From Nitrospirota bacterium (GTDB lineage Bacteria > Nitrospirota > UBA9217): DNA of 64,000 nt. Positions within the stretch are counted from its first letter, which is position 1, and every line of letters begins with the position of its first letter. The notes beneath the pieces are model-generated. The model was not told the DNA's origin. It saw nothing but the letters and a program-made list of their open reading frames with translations, and ran no database searches. Location: the NCBI GenBank assembly GCA_963790205.1, contig CAWBNQ010000008.1, positions 1 through 64,000 of the forward strand. Reading direction: 5' to 3'. A program made the translations under genes and the position numbers. This document shows, in pieces, positions 10,388-20,276 of the stretch.

Positions 10388-11545
10388 CTATTTTTGTCTC
10401 GTCGCTTCCTTGATCATGTCCAGGGCGATGACATTGCGCTGGATCTGGTTCGTGCCCTCGTAGATCTGGAGGATCTTGGCGTCGCGCATCATTTTCTCGA
10501 CCGGGTATTCCTTCATGTAGCCCGAACCGCCCATGACCTGTACTGCGTCGATGGTCACCTTCATGGCGGTGTCGGTCGCGAAAAGCTTGGCCATGGCAGA
10601 GGCCCGGGAGACGTCCTTTGCGCCGCTGTCGATAAAGCGGGCGACCGAGTACACGAGCGCGCGCGCCGCTTCGGTCTGGGTCTGCATGTCGGCGAGCATG
10701 TGCTGAACGGCCTGGAACGACGTGACGGGCTGCCCGAACTGGACCCGCTGCTTCGCGAACTTGAGGGCTTCGTCGATGGCGCCCTGCGCCACGCCCACGC
10801 CCTGGGCGCCCACGCCGGTCCGGGAGCTGTCGAGGGTCTTCATGGCCACAATGAATCCCATGCCTTCTTTAGCGATAAGGTTTTCCCTGGGGATTCGGCA
10901 GTTGTTGAAGATGAGCTCGGTCGTGGAGGATGCGCGGATGCCCATCTTGTTCTCTTTTTTCCCGAAGGTGAAGCCGGGCGTGCCTTTCTCAACGATGAAG
11001 GCCGACGCGCCGCGGGGGCCCTTGGACCTGTCGGTGATGGCGATGATCGTATAGACGTCGGCTTCGCCGCCGTTCGTGATCCACTGCTTGGTGCCGTTGA
11101 TCACGTATTCATTGCCTTCGAGCCTGGCCGTGGTCTGTACGCCGCTGGCGTCGCTGCCCGCGTTGGCCTCGGTGAGCCCGAATGCCACGAGTTTTTTGCC
11201 TGCTGCGATATCGGGCAGGTACTTCTTTTTCTGCGCATCGGAGCCGTTGAGCAGGATGGGGTAAGTGCCGAGCGCATTGGCCGCAAAGCTCGTTGAAACG
11301 CCGAGGCATGCCTTCGATAGTTCCTCGACGGCGATACAGAGCTCGAGGCTTTTCTTCCCGAGACCGCCGTACTCTTCCGGGATATAGATGCCGAAGAGGT
11401 CCGCCTGGGCCATGGCTTTCATGATGTCCCTGGGAAATTTGTTTTGCTCGTCGAGTTCAGCGCGTACCGGCACGATTTTTTCTTCGGCGATCTGCCGCGC
11501 GAGGTCCCGGATCATTATCTGTTCTTCTGTCAGCAGGTAATCCAT
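10388..11545 (-). CDS. acyl-CoA dehydrogenase (butyryl-CoA dehydrogenase-like)
   Basis: AFGLTEANAGSD, NGTKQWITNG, KMGIRAS, RVQFG, MRDAKILQIYEGTNQIQR; GGAGG RBS 6 nt before ATG 11545. Confidence 0.93.
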   Translation of the reverse strand: MDYLLTEEQIMIRDLARQIAEEKIVPVRAELDEQNKFPRDIMKAMAQADLFGIYIPEEYGGLGKKSLELCIAVEELSKACLGVSTSFAANALGTYPILLNGSDAQKKKYLPDIAAGKKLVAFGLTEANAGSDASGVQTTARLEGNEYVINGTKQWITNGGEADVYTIIAITDRSKGPRGASAFIVEKGTPGFTFGKKENKMGIRASSTTELIFNNCRIPRENLIAKEGMGFIVAMKTLDSSRTGVGAQGVGVAQGAIDEALKFAKQRVQFGQPVTSFQAVQHMLADMQTQTEAARALVYSVARFIDSGAKDVSRASAMAKLFATDTAMKVTIDAVQVMGGSGYMKEYPVEKMMRDAKILQIYEGTNQIQRNVIALDMIKEATRQK

Positions 11546-11703
11546 TAACATCCTCCAATGATATGATAAATATCAAATCTCAAACAACAAATAAATCAAA
11601 TTTCTACATCTCAAATAATCTTACACTTTCGTCGTTGAATTCCGAACAACTGTGTTTAGGGTTTGATTGTCACTCGGCGCTTGTTCATTGGCGCTTTCTG
11701 TAT

Positions 11704-12685
11704 TCACCACCGCATCAGGGCCGATGCCCAGGTAAGACCTCCTCCAAAAGCTTCGAACAGAAGGAGGTGGTTCTCTTTTATTCTCCCGTCCCGGACCGCT
11801 TCGTCCAGGGCCATGGGGATCGAGGCCGCCGAGGTATTGCCGTATTTGTGGACCGTGAGCACGACCTTTTCCATCGACATGTTGAGCCGCTGCGCCATGG
11901 CCTGGATGATGCGCAGGTTCGCCTGGTGCGGCACGAGGAAGTCGATCTCTTCGGGTTTGACCTTGTTGTATTCCAGCGCTTCCTGTACCGCGCTTTCGAG
12001 CGCACGCACCGCCGTTTTGAAGGTCTCGTTCCCCTTCATTTTGATGAAGTGCATCCGCTTGCGCACCGTGTCGTGCGTGGCCGGATGCAGGGCGCCCCCG
12101 GCCGGGAATATTCAGAAGGTTTCCGAGCGATCCATCCGAATGCAGGTGCGTGGACAGCACCCCGCGCTTGCCGGCATGCCGCTGAAGTACGACTGCGCCG
12201 GCGCCGTCTCCGAAGAGAACGCAGGTGGTGCGGTCCTCCCAATCCACGAACCGGGAAAGGGACTCCGCTCCTATCAGGAGAATGTTCTGATAGGTCTCCG
12301 ATTTTATGAAGGCATTGGCAACCGACAGTCCGTAGATGAATCCCGAGCAGGCGGCATAGATGTCGAAGGCAGCCGCATTCTTTGCTCCGAGCTTTTCCTG
12401 TACCATGCAGCCCAGGTTCGGCATGATCATGTCCGGTGTGGTCGTCGCCACGAGGATCAGGTCCAGTTCCTGCGCCGGGAGCTTTGCAGCCTTGAGCGCC
12501 TTGTGGGCCGCTTCATAGGCGAGGTCGGAGGTGGACTGCCCTTTTTCAGCTATCCTGCGTTCTTTAATGCCGGTACGCTCGGTGATCCATTCATCGCTCG
12601 TGTCGACGAGCTTCTCCAGATCGTGATTGGTGATGACTTTTTTCGGGGCATAGGACCCGGTCCCCGTTATCCGTGCATGGATCAT
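11704..12685 (-). CDS. fabH: 3-oxoacyl-ACP synthase III (one +1 frameshift near 12105, probable sequencing error)
   Basis: [19 protein letters not shown] in one frame; PHQAN, GNTSAAS, FGGGLTW in the next. Deleting one C restores IPAGGALHP. Confidence 0.93.
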
Positions 12686-13696
12686 CTTGTCTTAGTGAGC
12701 TCCATATTCTTTTCAATGTCCTCGTGAATATGCTTGTTGACCTCGCTCTTCGCGAGTTCGGAGGCGACGCGGATGGCATTTTTAATTGCCCGGTCCGTCG
12801 AACGTCCGTGGCTGATGATGCTGATGCCGTTTATGCCGATAAGGGGCGCACCGCCGTACTCGGCGTAATCGACGCGTCGCTTGAGGGCCCGGAAGGCCGG
12901 CCGCATCATGAAATACCCAAGCTTCCGGATCAAGTTGTCGCCCACGTTCTCCCGAAGAATGAGATCGATGGATTCTGCCACGGCCTCGGAGACTTTCAAC
13001 ACGACGTTGCCGATAAAACCGTCGCAGACGACCACGTCCGCCCTGCCGGACATCACATCACGGCCTTCGACGTTGCCGATGAAATTGAGCGAGGTCTCGG
13101 TCAGGAGCTTAAACGCCTCTTTGGTAAGTTCGTTCCCCTTGGTCGCCTCTTCACCGATGGAAAGAAGGCCGACGCAGGGGTTCGGGATTCTTGAGCAGGT
13201 ACTTTGCGTAGACCTCACCCATGATGGCGAACTGGAGGAGATGGCTCGGCTTGCAGTCCACGTTGGCCCCCACGTCCAGGATGATGGAGGTCCCTTTGAT
13301 CGTGGGCATGAACGTGGCGATGGCGGGCCGTTCGACCCCTTCTAGGGAGCCCAGCACGAACAGCGAAGTGGCCATGGCCGCGCCCGTGTGTCCTGCGCTG
13401 AATACGGCAACCGCTTCGCCGCTCTTGACGAGTTCATTGGCCACGCGGATCGACGAGTCTTTTTTCCTGCGAAAGACCGTGGCCGGAGAATCGAGCATGT
13501 CCACGACCTCGGTGGCATTCCGTATTTCTATGGGAAGCGTTTTGGCATGGGGGTATTTTTTCAGTTCTGCCTGGATGGTCTGCTCAATGCCGACCAGGAT
13601 GATGCCGACCCCGAATTCCCTCGCCGCGTGCACTGCCCCTGCAACGACGGCATGGGGCGCGTTGTCCCCTCCCATGGCATCAACGGCAATTTTCAT
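12682..13696 (-). CDS. plsX: phosphate acyltransferase PlsX (one +1 frameshift near 13188, probable sequencing error)
   Basis: IAVDAMGGD, SAGHTGA, LDVGAN, then GLLSIGEE, NFIGNVEG, CDGFIGN, YGGAPL, SHGRS. Confidence 0.93.
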
Positions 13697-13780
13697 AACA
13701 TAACTCCCAAACAATATAAAAGGCAAAGGGTCATACCGAACACTACAGTATCATTCCTTTGCCTTTTGCGAAAGCGTACG

Positions 13781-13964
13781 TTATATCTGCTGAACAGTTA
13801 CGACCTCGCGGCCGTTGTAGGTGCCGCAGGACAGGCAGGCGTGGTGGGGCTTCTTGACCTCCTGGCACTGCGGGCAGACAGAGAGATTTATGGGCCGTGA
13901 GGAACTTGTGAGTGCGCCTCTTGTCCCTGCGGGATTTGGATGTTTTGTGTTTTGGATTCGCCAT
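13781..13964 (-). CDS. rpmF: 50S ribosomal protein L32 (one +1 frameshift near 13893, probable sequencing error)
   Basis: [19 protein letters not shown]; deleting one C gives [25 protein letters not shown] and a stop at 13781. Confidence 0.93.
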
Positions 13965-14045
13965 GTTTGTGTAGTGCTCCTTACGTTATTTTTATTGAAA
14001 GACCGTTCGCTTCGCTCAGGGTGACGGCTTCACGGTGCGAAACTG

Positions 14046-14561
14046 TCATTTTTTAAACAAATCTTTTAAAACGGAGAACGCTCCGAACTCATCCCGCTTG
14101 TCTTTTTTGCAGCCGCAATCGGCCTTATTGAGGTCCGTTCCGCAGACCGGGCAGAGGCCCTTGCAGTCCGGACTGTGGACCGGCACCATCGGGATGGAGA
14201 TAAGCAGCTGTTCTTTTACATAGTCCAGGGGTTCTATCTCCTCGCCCTGATAGAACTCCATTTCGAGTTCGCCCCCGGCGAGTTCATGCTCGGGTGCCGT
14301 GCCCATGGCGCTCACGGGGGCGAGGTCAATATTCAGTTCCGTGTCTATGCCATAGACAAAGCTTTTCAGGCAACGGCTGCACTCGAGTTGCGGCCCCGCC
14401 TGGACCCGGCCGCGGATATGAAGGTTCCCGCCTCCTGTCGGCCTGATGCTGAGAACTGCTGTAAATGCTGTGGACGCTGTTCCCGTGTCGAAGAGGTCGA
14501 GCTTTCGGGCTAATTCCAGTGTAAGCCCCTCGGGTGGTATGTCATTGATTTTGATGGCCAT
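14046..14561 (-). CDS. yceD: YceD/DUF177 metal-binding protein
   Basis: ECSRCL, CKGLCPVCG..LN..CGC; canonical position upstream of rpmF. Confidence 0.92.
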   Translation of the reverse strand: MAIKINDIPPEGLTLELARKLDLFDTGTASTAFTAVLSIRPTGGGNLHIRGRVQAGPQLECSRCLKSFVYGIDTELNIDLAPVSAMGTAPEHELAGGELEMEFYQGEEIEPLDYVKEQLLISIPMVPVHSPDCKGLCPVCGTDLNKADCGCKKDKRDEFGAFSVLKDLFKK

Positions 14562-14591
14562 TTACAGTGCTCCCGGGGCTGTAAGTCTGGA

Positions 14592-14620
14592 ATTATATAG
14601 AGTAGCTCCCGTTTTGTCAA
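14592..14620 (-). promoter_or_regulatory. consensus sigma70 promoter of the yceD-rpmF-fab operon
   Basis: Minus strand TTGACA-17 nt-TATAAT. Confidence 0.75.
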
Positions 14621-14692
14621 GCAAAATTACCGTGCATGTGCCGGGGGGAAAGGAGTAAGAGAGAAACTGCCAATTTTTTTGCGCCTCCGGCT

Positions 14693-15925
14693 TCATGTTT
14701 CAGGTTTTACATTCGGACCGCCGCCCTTTACTCTGCCGAGCAATACCAGACCGATGATGAAGAATGCGGCTATCGAGAGGATTGCCGGCCGTTGGCTGCC
14801 GAACGTAGATGACACCGCACCGAAGAGGAGTGGGCCGAGGATGGCGGAAGATTTTCCGACAAGGGAATAGACGCCAAAATATTCTGCTTCGCTGCCTTTG
14901 GGCACGAACTGCGTGAAAAAGGCGCGCGTGCCGGCCTGTACCGTACCGAGGCCCAATCCGGCAGTGCATGCAACGGCCCAGAATTGCTGTTTCGATTCTA
15001 TAAAAAAGGACAGGACCGCGACGAGGGCCCAGAGAACGAGCGAGAGCATGACGATCTTTTTCGGCCCCCAGGTGTCCGTGGGTTTTGCAAGGGCAAAAGC
15101 GCCGATGAGGGCCGTAAACTGAACCACGAGGTAGAGCCCGATGAGCTCCCCGGTCTCGAAGCCTAATGTTGTTGCCGCGAAGATGCTCGAGAAAACGATG
15201 ACCGTGTTAACGCCGTCTTCATAAAAGAGATAGGCAATAAGAAAATTTCTCGGTTCCCTGAGACGCCAGAGCTCCCTCAAGGTCTTCCACGCCTGTTTTG
15301 CGCCCCTGGTCCCGGCCTGTGCCGCGGACAAGGTCGACGGCTGGTCTCCGGGCAGAAAGAGAAATGCGGGAAGAGAGAAAAGAGCGAAGAACGCCGCTGT
15401 CACGATCCAGGTCATTCCGTAGAGGCCGTTTTTGACGAGCGGCAGTGCGATCAGGAGCGAACAGATCGAACCCGCGTAGCCGACGCTGAAACCCCAGCTG
15501 GATACGCGGCCCTGATAATCCTCCGAAGCTATCCGGGGGAGAAAAGAATTGTAGAATACCAGGCCGCCTTCCATGCCGATATTCGCCAGCACGATCAGAA
15601 AGAAGCCGATCATGACCGCACCGGGCGTGAGCAGGGAAAAGCAGCAGACGGCAATGATGCACATGCCTGTATAGAGCGCGAGCAGTTTTTTCCGCAGGCC
15701 TGCGTAGTCCGCGATCCCGCCCAGAAAGGGCGAGGAGAGGGCTATGAACAGCATGCTCGCCGATATGGCCCGGCCCCACCAGAGGTCGCCGGCGCCGGCA
15801 CTGTTGCCCACGATCACCCGGGCATAATAGACGGAGAAAAGGACTGCGGCGATCACGGCCGAGTAGCTTGAATTCGCAAAGTCGAAAAGGCACCAGCTGA
15901 TGATCTGTTTTCTGTTCATAGACAT
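14693..15925 (-). CDS. MFS transporter, UMF1/ATG22-like
   Basis: SWCLFDFANSSY, FYNSFLP, YFGVYSLVGKSSAILGP; about 12 hydrophobic segments. Confidence 0.88.
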   Translation of the reverse strand: MSMNRKQIISWCLFDFANSSYSAVIAAVLFSVYYARVIVGNSAGAGDLWWGRAISASMLFIALSSPFLGGIADYAGLRKKLLALYTGMCIIAVCCFSLLTPGAVMIGFFLIVLANIGMEGGLVFYNSFLPRIASEDYQGRVSSWGFSVGYAGSICSLLIALPLVKNGLYGMTWIVTAAFFALFSLPAFLFLPGDQPSTLSAAQAGTRGAKQAWKTLRELWRLREPRNFLIAYLFYEDGVNTVIVFSSIFAATTLGFETGELIGLYLVVQFTALIGAFALAKPTDTWGPKKIVMLSLVLWALVAVLSFFIESKQQFWAVACTAGLGLGTVQAGTRAFFTQFVPKGSEAEYFGVYSLVGKSSAILGPLLFGAVSSTFGSQRPAILSIAAFFIIGLVLLGRVKGGGPNVKPET

Positions 15926-16011
15926 GTCTCTGTATAGCCCAAGAGCGCCGATTGCGCGGGGGAAAATATGGAACAGCCGTCGAATTCAGAAAAAGTAACA
16001 GTGCTGGGTGT

Positions 16012-17397
16012 TCAGGCAGCTTCCGTAACCGTTTTAATCGCACGGTAAACAATCTCTATCGTGTGTTTCAACTCTTTCATCGAAATCATGAGCGGCGGCA
16101 TGAGCACGACCACGTTTCCCAGCGGCCGGATGATGAGGCCGTTCCTGCGGCATTCGAGCGCCACCCTGGCCCCGATCTTCTGCTCGAGGAAAAAGGGCTT
16201 CTTCGTTTTTTTGTTCTGCACCAGTTCGATGCCCGTCATAAACCCTTTCTGTCTGACCTCGCCGACGTGATCGAGCTTTTTAAAGTGTTCCAGCTCTTCC
16301 CTCAAGAACTTGATCTTGGGCTGAAGCTTCCGGAGGGTTTTCTCTTTCTTGAAGAGATCGATATTCGCGATCGCCGCGGCGCAAGCCAGCGGATTTCCCG
16401 TGTAGGTATGGCCGTGAAAAAAGGATTTCATATCCCGGTACTCGGCGAGGAATCCCCGGTATATCTCTTCAGTCGTGAGTGTTGCCGCGAGCGGAAGGTA
16501 CCCTCCGGTGATCCCCTTAGCCGCACACAGGATGTCCGGAGCGACGTCTTCATGCTCGCAGGCGAACATTTTCCCGGTCCTGCCGAAACCGGTGGCGACC
16601 TCATCGGCTATCATGAGTATCCCGTATTGCGTGCAAAGCTCCCTGATCTTCTTCAAATAACCCGGCGGGTGCATGAGCATGCCTGCCGCGCCCTGCACGA
16701 GGGGCTCCATGATAAGAGCAGCCGTCACGGAGGCGTATTTTTGGATCGTCCTCTCGGCATGCATGAGACACGTCTTCCGGCATTCCGGCCAGGTCGACCC
16801 ATACTTGCAGCGGTAGCAGTAGGGTGACTCGATCTTGCGTGCCTGAAACAGGAGCGGTTTATAGATACTATGGAAGAGGTCGATGCCGCCTACGCTCACC
16901 GATCCGATGGTGTCGCCATGATAGGCTTCGGTGAGTGAAATAAAGCCTGTTTTTCTCCGGAACTCGGGACCCTTCTGCTGCCAGTACTGGAAAGCGATCT
17001 TGAGCGCAATTTCCACGGCAGTCGATCCGCTGTCTGAATAAAAAACTTTGGAAAGTCCATTCGGAGCGATATCGATGAGTTTTTCCGCCAGCACCACGGC
17101 GGGGACGTTCGACAGCCCGAGCAGCGTAGAGTGCGCAATTTTTTTCAGTTGGGCGGATACGGCCCGGTCGAGCTCCTTTTTCCGGTGGCCGTGCACCGTG
17201 ACCCAGAGCGATGAAACCCCGTCAATATATTTTTTACCCCGAATATCGGTAAGGAGACACCCTTTCCCGCTCTCGATGACGAGCTGAGGCTCTTTTTCCC
17301 AGTCCCGCATCTGCGTAAAGGGGTGCCAGATATATTTTTTATCCAGCTTTTCCAGACGGCGCGCCGCAGCTTGTTTTTTTTGACGTTCAGAAGCCAA
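16012..17397 (-). CDS. bioA: adenosylmethionine-8-amino-7-oxononanoate transaminase
   Basis: WHPFTQM, YSDSGSTAVE, YHGDT, DEVATGFGRTG, AKGITGGYLPL, HGHTYTGNP. TTG start follows AGGAGG. Confidence 0.95.
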   Translation of the reverse strand: MASERQKKQAAARRLEKLDKKYIWHPFTQMRDWEKEPQLVIESGKGCLLTDIRGKKYIDGVSSLWVTVHGHRKKELDRAVSAQLKKIAHSTLLGLSNVPAVVLAEKLIDIAPNGLSKVFYSDSGSTAVEIALKIAFQYWQQKGPEFRRKTGFISLTEAYHGDTIGSVSVGGIDLFHSIYKPLLFQARKIESPYCYRCKYGSTWPECRKTCLMHAERTIQKYASVTAALIMEPLVQGAAGMLMHPPGYLKKIRELCTQYGILMIADEVATGFGRTGKMFACEHEDVAPDILCAAKGITGGYLPLAATLTTEEIYRGFLAEYRDMKSFFHGHTYTGNPLACAAAIANIDLFKKEKTLRKLQPKIKFLREELEHFKKLDHVGEVRQKGFMTGIELVQNKKTKKPFFLEQKIGARVALECRRNGLIIRPLGNVVVLMPPLMISMKELKHTIEIVYRAIKTVTEAA

Positions 17398-17445
17398 GAA
17401 TTTCCCTCCTTGCGCGTTTCCCGAGATACATGGCAGCGCCACGGT

Positions 17446-17473
17446 ATTATATGCCGTCAGCTCTTTTTGTCAA
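17446..17473 (-). promoter_or_regulatory. sigma70 promoter of bioA
   Basis: Minus strand TTGACA-16 nt-TATAAT. Confidence 0.65.
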
Positions 17474-17637
17474 TGCCATCTATAGCGAGGCCCTTCGGCG
17501 GGGTCAGGGGTGCTTCCGAAGTATTCTGGCGCTGAGCCTATTTCATTGAGTCGGCGCAGGCCACTTATTTTGGGTTTTTTGGGAATCCGCCCAAAAAGTC
17601 TAAGGTTTTTCGAAGCTGAATTTAGGGGTTTCCCCGA

Positions 17638-17666
17638 TTGACATGATGGTTCTAAAGTATTATAGT
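17638..17666 (+). promoter_or_regulatory. sigma70 promoter of the transglutaminase/giant-protein locus
   Basis: TTGACA-17 nt-TATAGT, ~180 nt before ATG 17843. Confidence 0.6.
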
Positions 17667-17842
17667 TTGTGGACAAAAACGCAGGTTGTTTCAAAAGTGC
17701 AATCTCAATCCGAAAACAGCGCCTTCCTTAATATTTACTGGTTCGACGATTCACGGTTAGAACAGTATCAGCATTTCCCGCTTTTGCTTTAATGCAGCGC
17801 AGAATTCGTTTTAAAACTGAATAGGCACAAGGAGAGCAAGCC

Positions 17843-18891
17843 ATGCGCGTGAAGACCTTCTACCGGGTTTTAAGACTCATCTCGGCAGTCGTGCTATTTT
17901 TCTTTATCTGGACGTTCGGCCCGGTATGGCAGGCCGTTGCTTTTGCAGCAACGCCACAGAGTCAAGGGCCAGGGGGCAAGGGCCACATAGAAGCGCGCGA
18001 TACGCCCATACAAACGGCATCAGAACGGTTTGAAAAGGCGCTGGAAGGGATTCGCGCGGGCGTCTCGAAGGCCGGAGAGAAAGCGGGGAGGGGCGAGGAT
18101 GTGACCGCTGAGGTCGCAGGAATAAAGGCAAAGAAAGCGGAGATTGAAAAGATCGATGCAGACCTCAGGGCCGAATTCGCTGCAACCGAAAAGAAGCTCA
18201 AAGACGCCAAGCTGCCGCAGGTCATCCTCGACCGGCAGGCAGCGTTCGTCAAGAACTACGACAAGAACCTCACTCAGCTCAAATCCGAGATCGACGACAT
18301 CGACAAAGCAAAAACTGCGACAGACCTCAAGGCCAGGATCGAAACAGCGCGGCTGCATCTTGAAAAGGTAAAGCCTGCCAAAAAGCACGTCCCGCTCGAT
18401 CCAAACAAGCTGCCGAACAGAATGGTCAAGGCCAGGGCAAGAATGCCAAGGCTCAGGAAAGAAGATTTCGAAAAGGATTTTCTCCGGCAGAAAAAGACAA
18501 CACATAGTTCATCGCTCATAGCTTTAAATCATGAACTAATATCTACGAGCCATGAGCTATTTCATTTCGCATTCCGAAATCCGAAATCGGGAATTGAGCA
18601 CAAGCCCATTCTCGTCGCTTCCAACGGACCATTGACCGGCCTGTTATCATCTGATTCTAAACCCGAAACACTCGCATTGCCTTCCTCTGTGAAATCTATG
18701 CCTTCTGTGGCAAATGAAGTCGCTTTGAATCTTGAATCCGGCACATTGAATTTGGCAGCGGTCACGACCGTGGACGCGCCAACTGCCGACGATCTCTCCG
18801 AGACTACGGAAATCCAGTTCACGGACGCCATCCGCGCCAAGGCCCAGGAACTCGGCTACAGTCCTGTCAAAATATACGAGTATGTTAGGAA
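17843..18891 (+). pseudogene. secreted transglutaminase-like (putative polymorphic toxin) protein, 5' part, interrupted by IS4
   Basis: Sec-type signal peptide (MRVKTFYRVL...AVAFA), coiled-coil region, then DLSETTEIQFTDAIRAKAQELGYSPVKIYEYVRN. Joins 20277 in frame once the IS is removed. Confidence 0.85.
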
Positions 18892-20267
18892 CACACCCGT
18901 CCAAGATAGGATTTGAGTAATTGCAGGGGAAGCCTCAATCGGATAAAGTAGGTTTGTCGAGGACCTAAATTTACCGATGGAGGACATCCCCGTGAACAAG
19001 TGTAGCAGTATCTTCGGTCAGATTCTACAGATATTTTCGCATCAGGATTTTGTCAGGGCTGTACGAGAAACACGGGCTGAAAAAGGGGTAAAGGGATTCA
19101 GTTGCTGGGGCCAGTTTGTGGCGATGGTGTTCTGTCAGTTGGGACAAGCCCACTCGCTGCGAGAGATATGCGGCGGATTAGCGACGTGCCTGGGCAAACT
19201 CAAACACCTTGGAATTGACGCAGCACCCAAACGCTCCACCTTGGCCTATGCCAACGAACATCGGCCTTGGCAATTGTACCAGAAGGTTTTTTATCAGCTG
19301 TTGGCAAAATGCCGGGTTCTCGCACGAGGGAAGAAGCCGTTTCGGTTCAAGAACAAGCTGTTCAGCCTCGATGCCACCCTGATTGAGCTTTGCGTCACCT
19401 TGTTTGACTGGGCAAAGTACCGCCAAACGAAAGGAGCAATCAAGCTTCACCTGTTATTGGACCACGACGGATATCTTCCGGTCTTCTGCAGTATGACCGA
19501 GGGGAACGTGCACGAAGTAAACATCGCGCATACGCTGAAGTTCCCCAAAGGCTCTATTCTGGCAATCGACCGGGGATATGTGGATTATGAACAGTTCGCA
19601 CGGTGGACGGAGGCCGGCATCTTCTTCGTAACGGGAGAAAAAGACAATGCCGCTTTCAGGGTGATCGAAACAAGACCGGTTCCTGAAAACCGGAATATCA
19701 TCAAAGACCAGCTCATTGAACTGACGGGCTACGAATCAATCAAGAAGTGCCCGCATACCTTGCGACGGGTAGAGGTATGGGACGAAGAAAATGAGCGAAC
19801 GATTGTTCTCTGGACGAACCACCTCGCCTTCGGCGCGACGACCATAGCCAGCATTTACAAGGACCGCTGGCAGATCGAGATATTTTTCAAGACGATCAAG
19901 CAGAATCTGAAGATCAAGACGTTCGTGGGAACGAGCCAGAATGCCTTGCTGACACAGATTTGGACAGCATTAATTGCCATCCTGGTATTGAAGTACCTGA
20001 AGTTCCGGTCAACGCTCGGGTGGTCGCTGTCGAACCTGGTTGCCATGCTTCGTTATAATCTCTTCACTTACAGAGATTTATGGATGTGGCTGGATAATCC
20101 GTTTGAAACGCCGCCGATCGTGCCGTCTGCGGAGCAATTGGTAATGAGATATCGGTAATTGGACAGCAGAATGAGGAACCTGAATCTATGAAAAGGGATT
20201 TACCTGTCTAAAAACCTTGATTGGCAAGGGTGGGCGTTAGGGAATCAGACTATCTTGGACAGCAGTG
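18892..20267 (+). mobile_element. IS4-family insertion sequence, 1376 bp, intact
   Basis: IRL CACACCCGTCCAAGATAG (18892-18909) and IRR CTATCTTGGACAGCAGTG (20250-20267), 15/18 match. 9-bp direct repeat TGTTAGGAA at 18883-18891 and 20268-20276. Confidence 0.93.
18977..20158 (+). CDS. IS4-family DDE transposase (DUF4372-type N-terminus)
   Basis: FSCWGQF, SLREI, RSTLAYAN, LDAT, KLH, DRGY, YKDRWQIEIFFK (YREK). True start may be GTG 18992 after GGAGG. Confidence 0.95.
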   Translation: MEDIPVNKCSSIFGQILQIFSHQDFVRAVRETRAEKGVKGFSCWGQFVAMVFCQLGQAHSLREICGGLATCLGKLKHLGIDAAPKRSTLAYANEHRPWQLYQKVFYQLLAKCRVLARGKKPFRFKNKLFSLDATLIELCVTLFDWAKYRQTKGAIKLHLLLDHDGYLPVFCSMTEGNVHEVNIAHTLKFPKGSILAIDRGYVDYEQFARWTEAGIFFVTGEKDNAAFRVIETRPVPENRNIIKDQLIELTGYESIKKCPHTLRRVEVWDEENERTIVLWTNHLAFGATTIASIYKDRWQIEIFFKTIKQNLKIKTFVGTSQNALLTQIWTALIAILVLKYLKFRSTLGWSLSNLVAMLRYNLFTYRDLWMWLDNPFETPPIVPSAEQLVMRYR

Positions 20268-20276
20268 TGTTAGGAA

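Noticed and set aside
13781..13964. Programmed frameshifting or true pseudogenisation of rpmF and the fab genes
   Set aside because: No slippery heptamers or other decay; the identical +1 pattern in six unrelated core genes points to sequencing error.
17475..17760. tRNA, SRP or riboswitch in the bioA-toxin intergenic region (GGTTCGA at ~17740)
   Set aside because: No cloverleaf or recognisable conserved core; the region is explained by divergent promoters.
20221..20276. TTG start of the 802-aa ORF as an independent gene
   Set aside because: The start lies inside the IS right end; the ORF is the 3' half of the gene starting at 17843.
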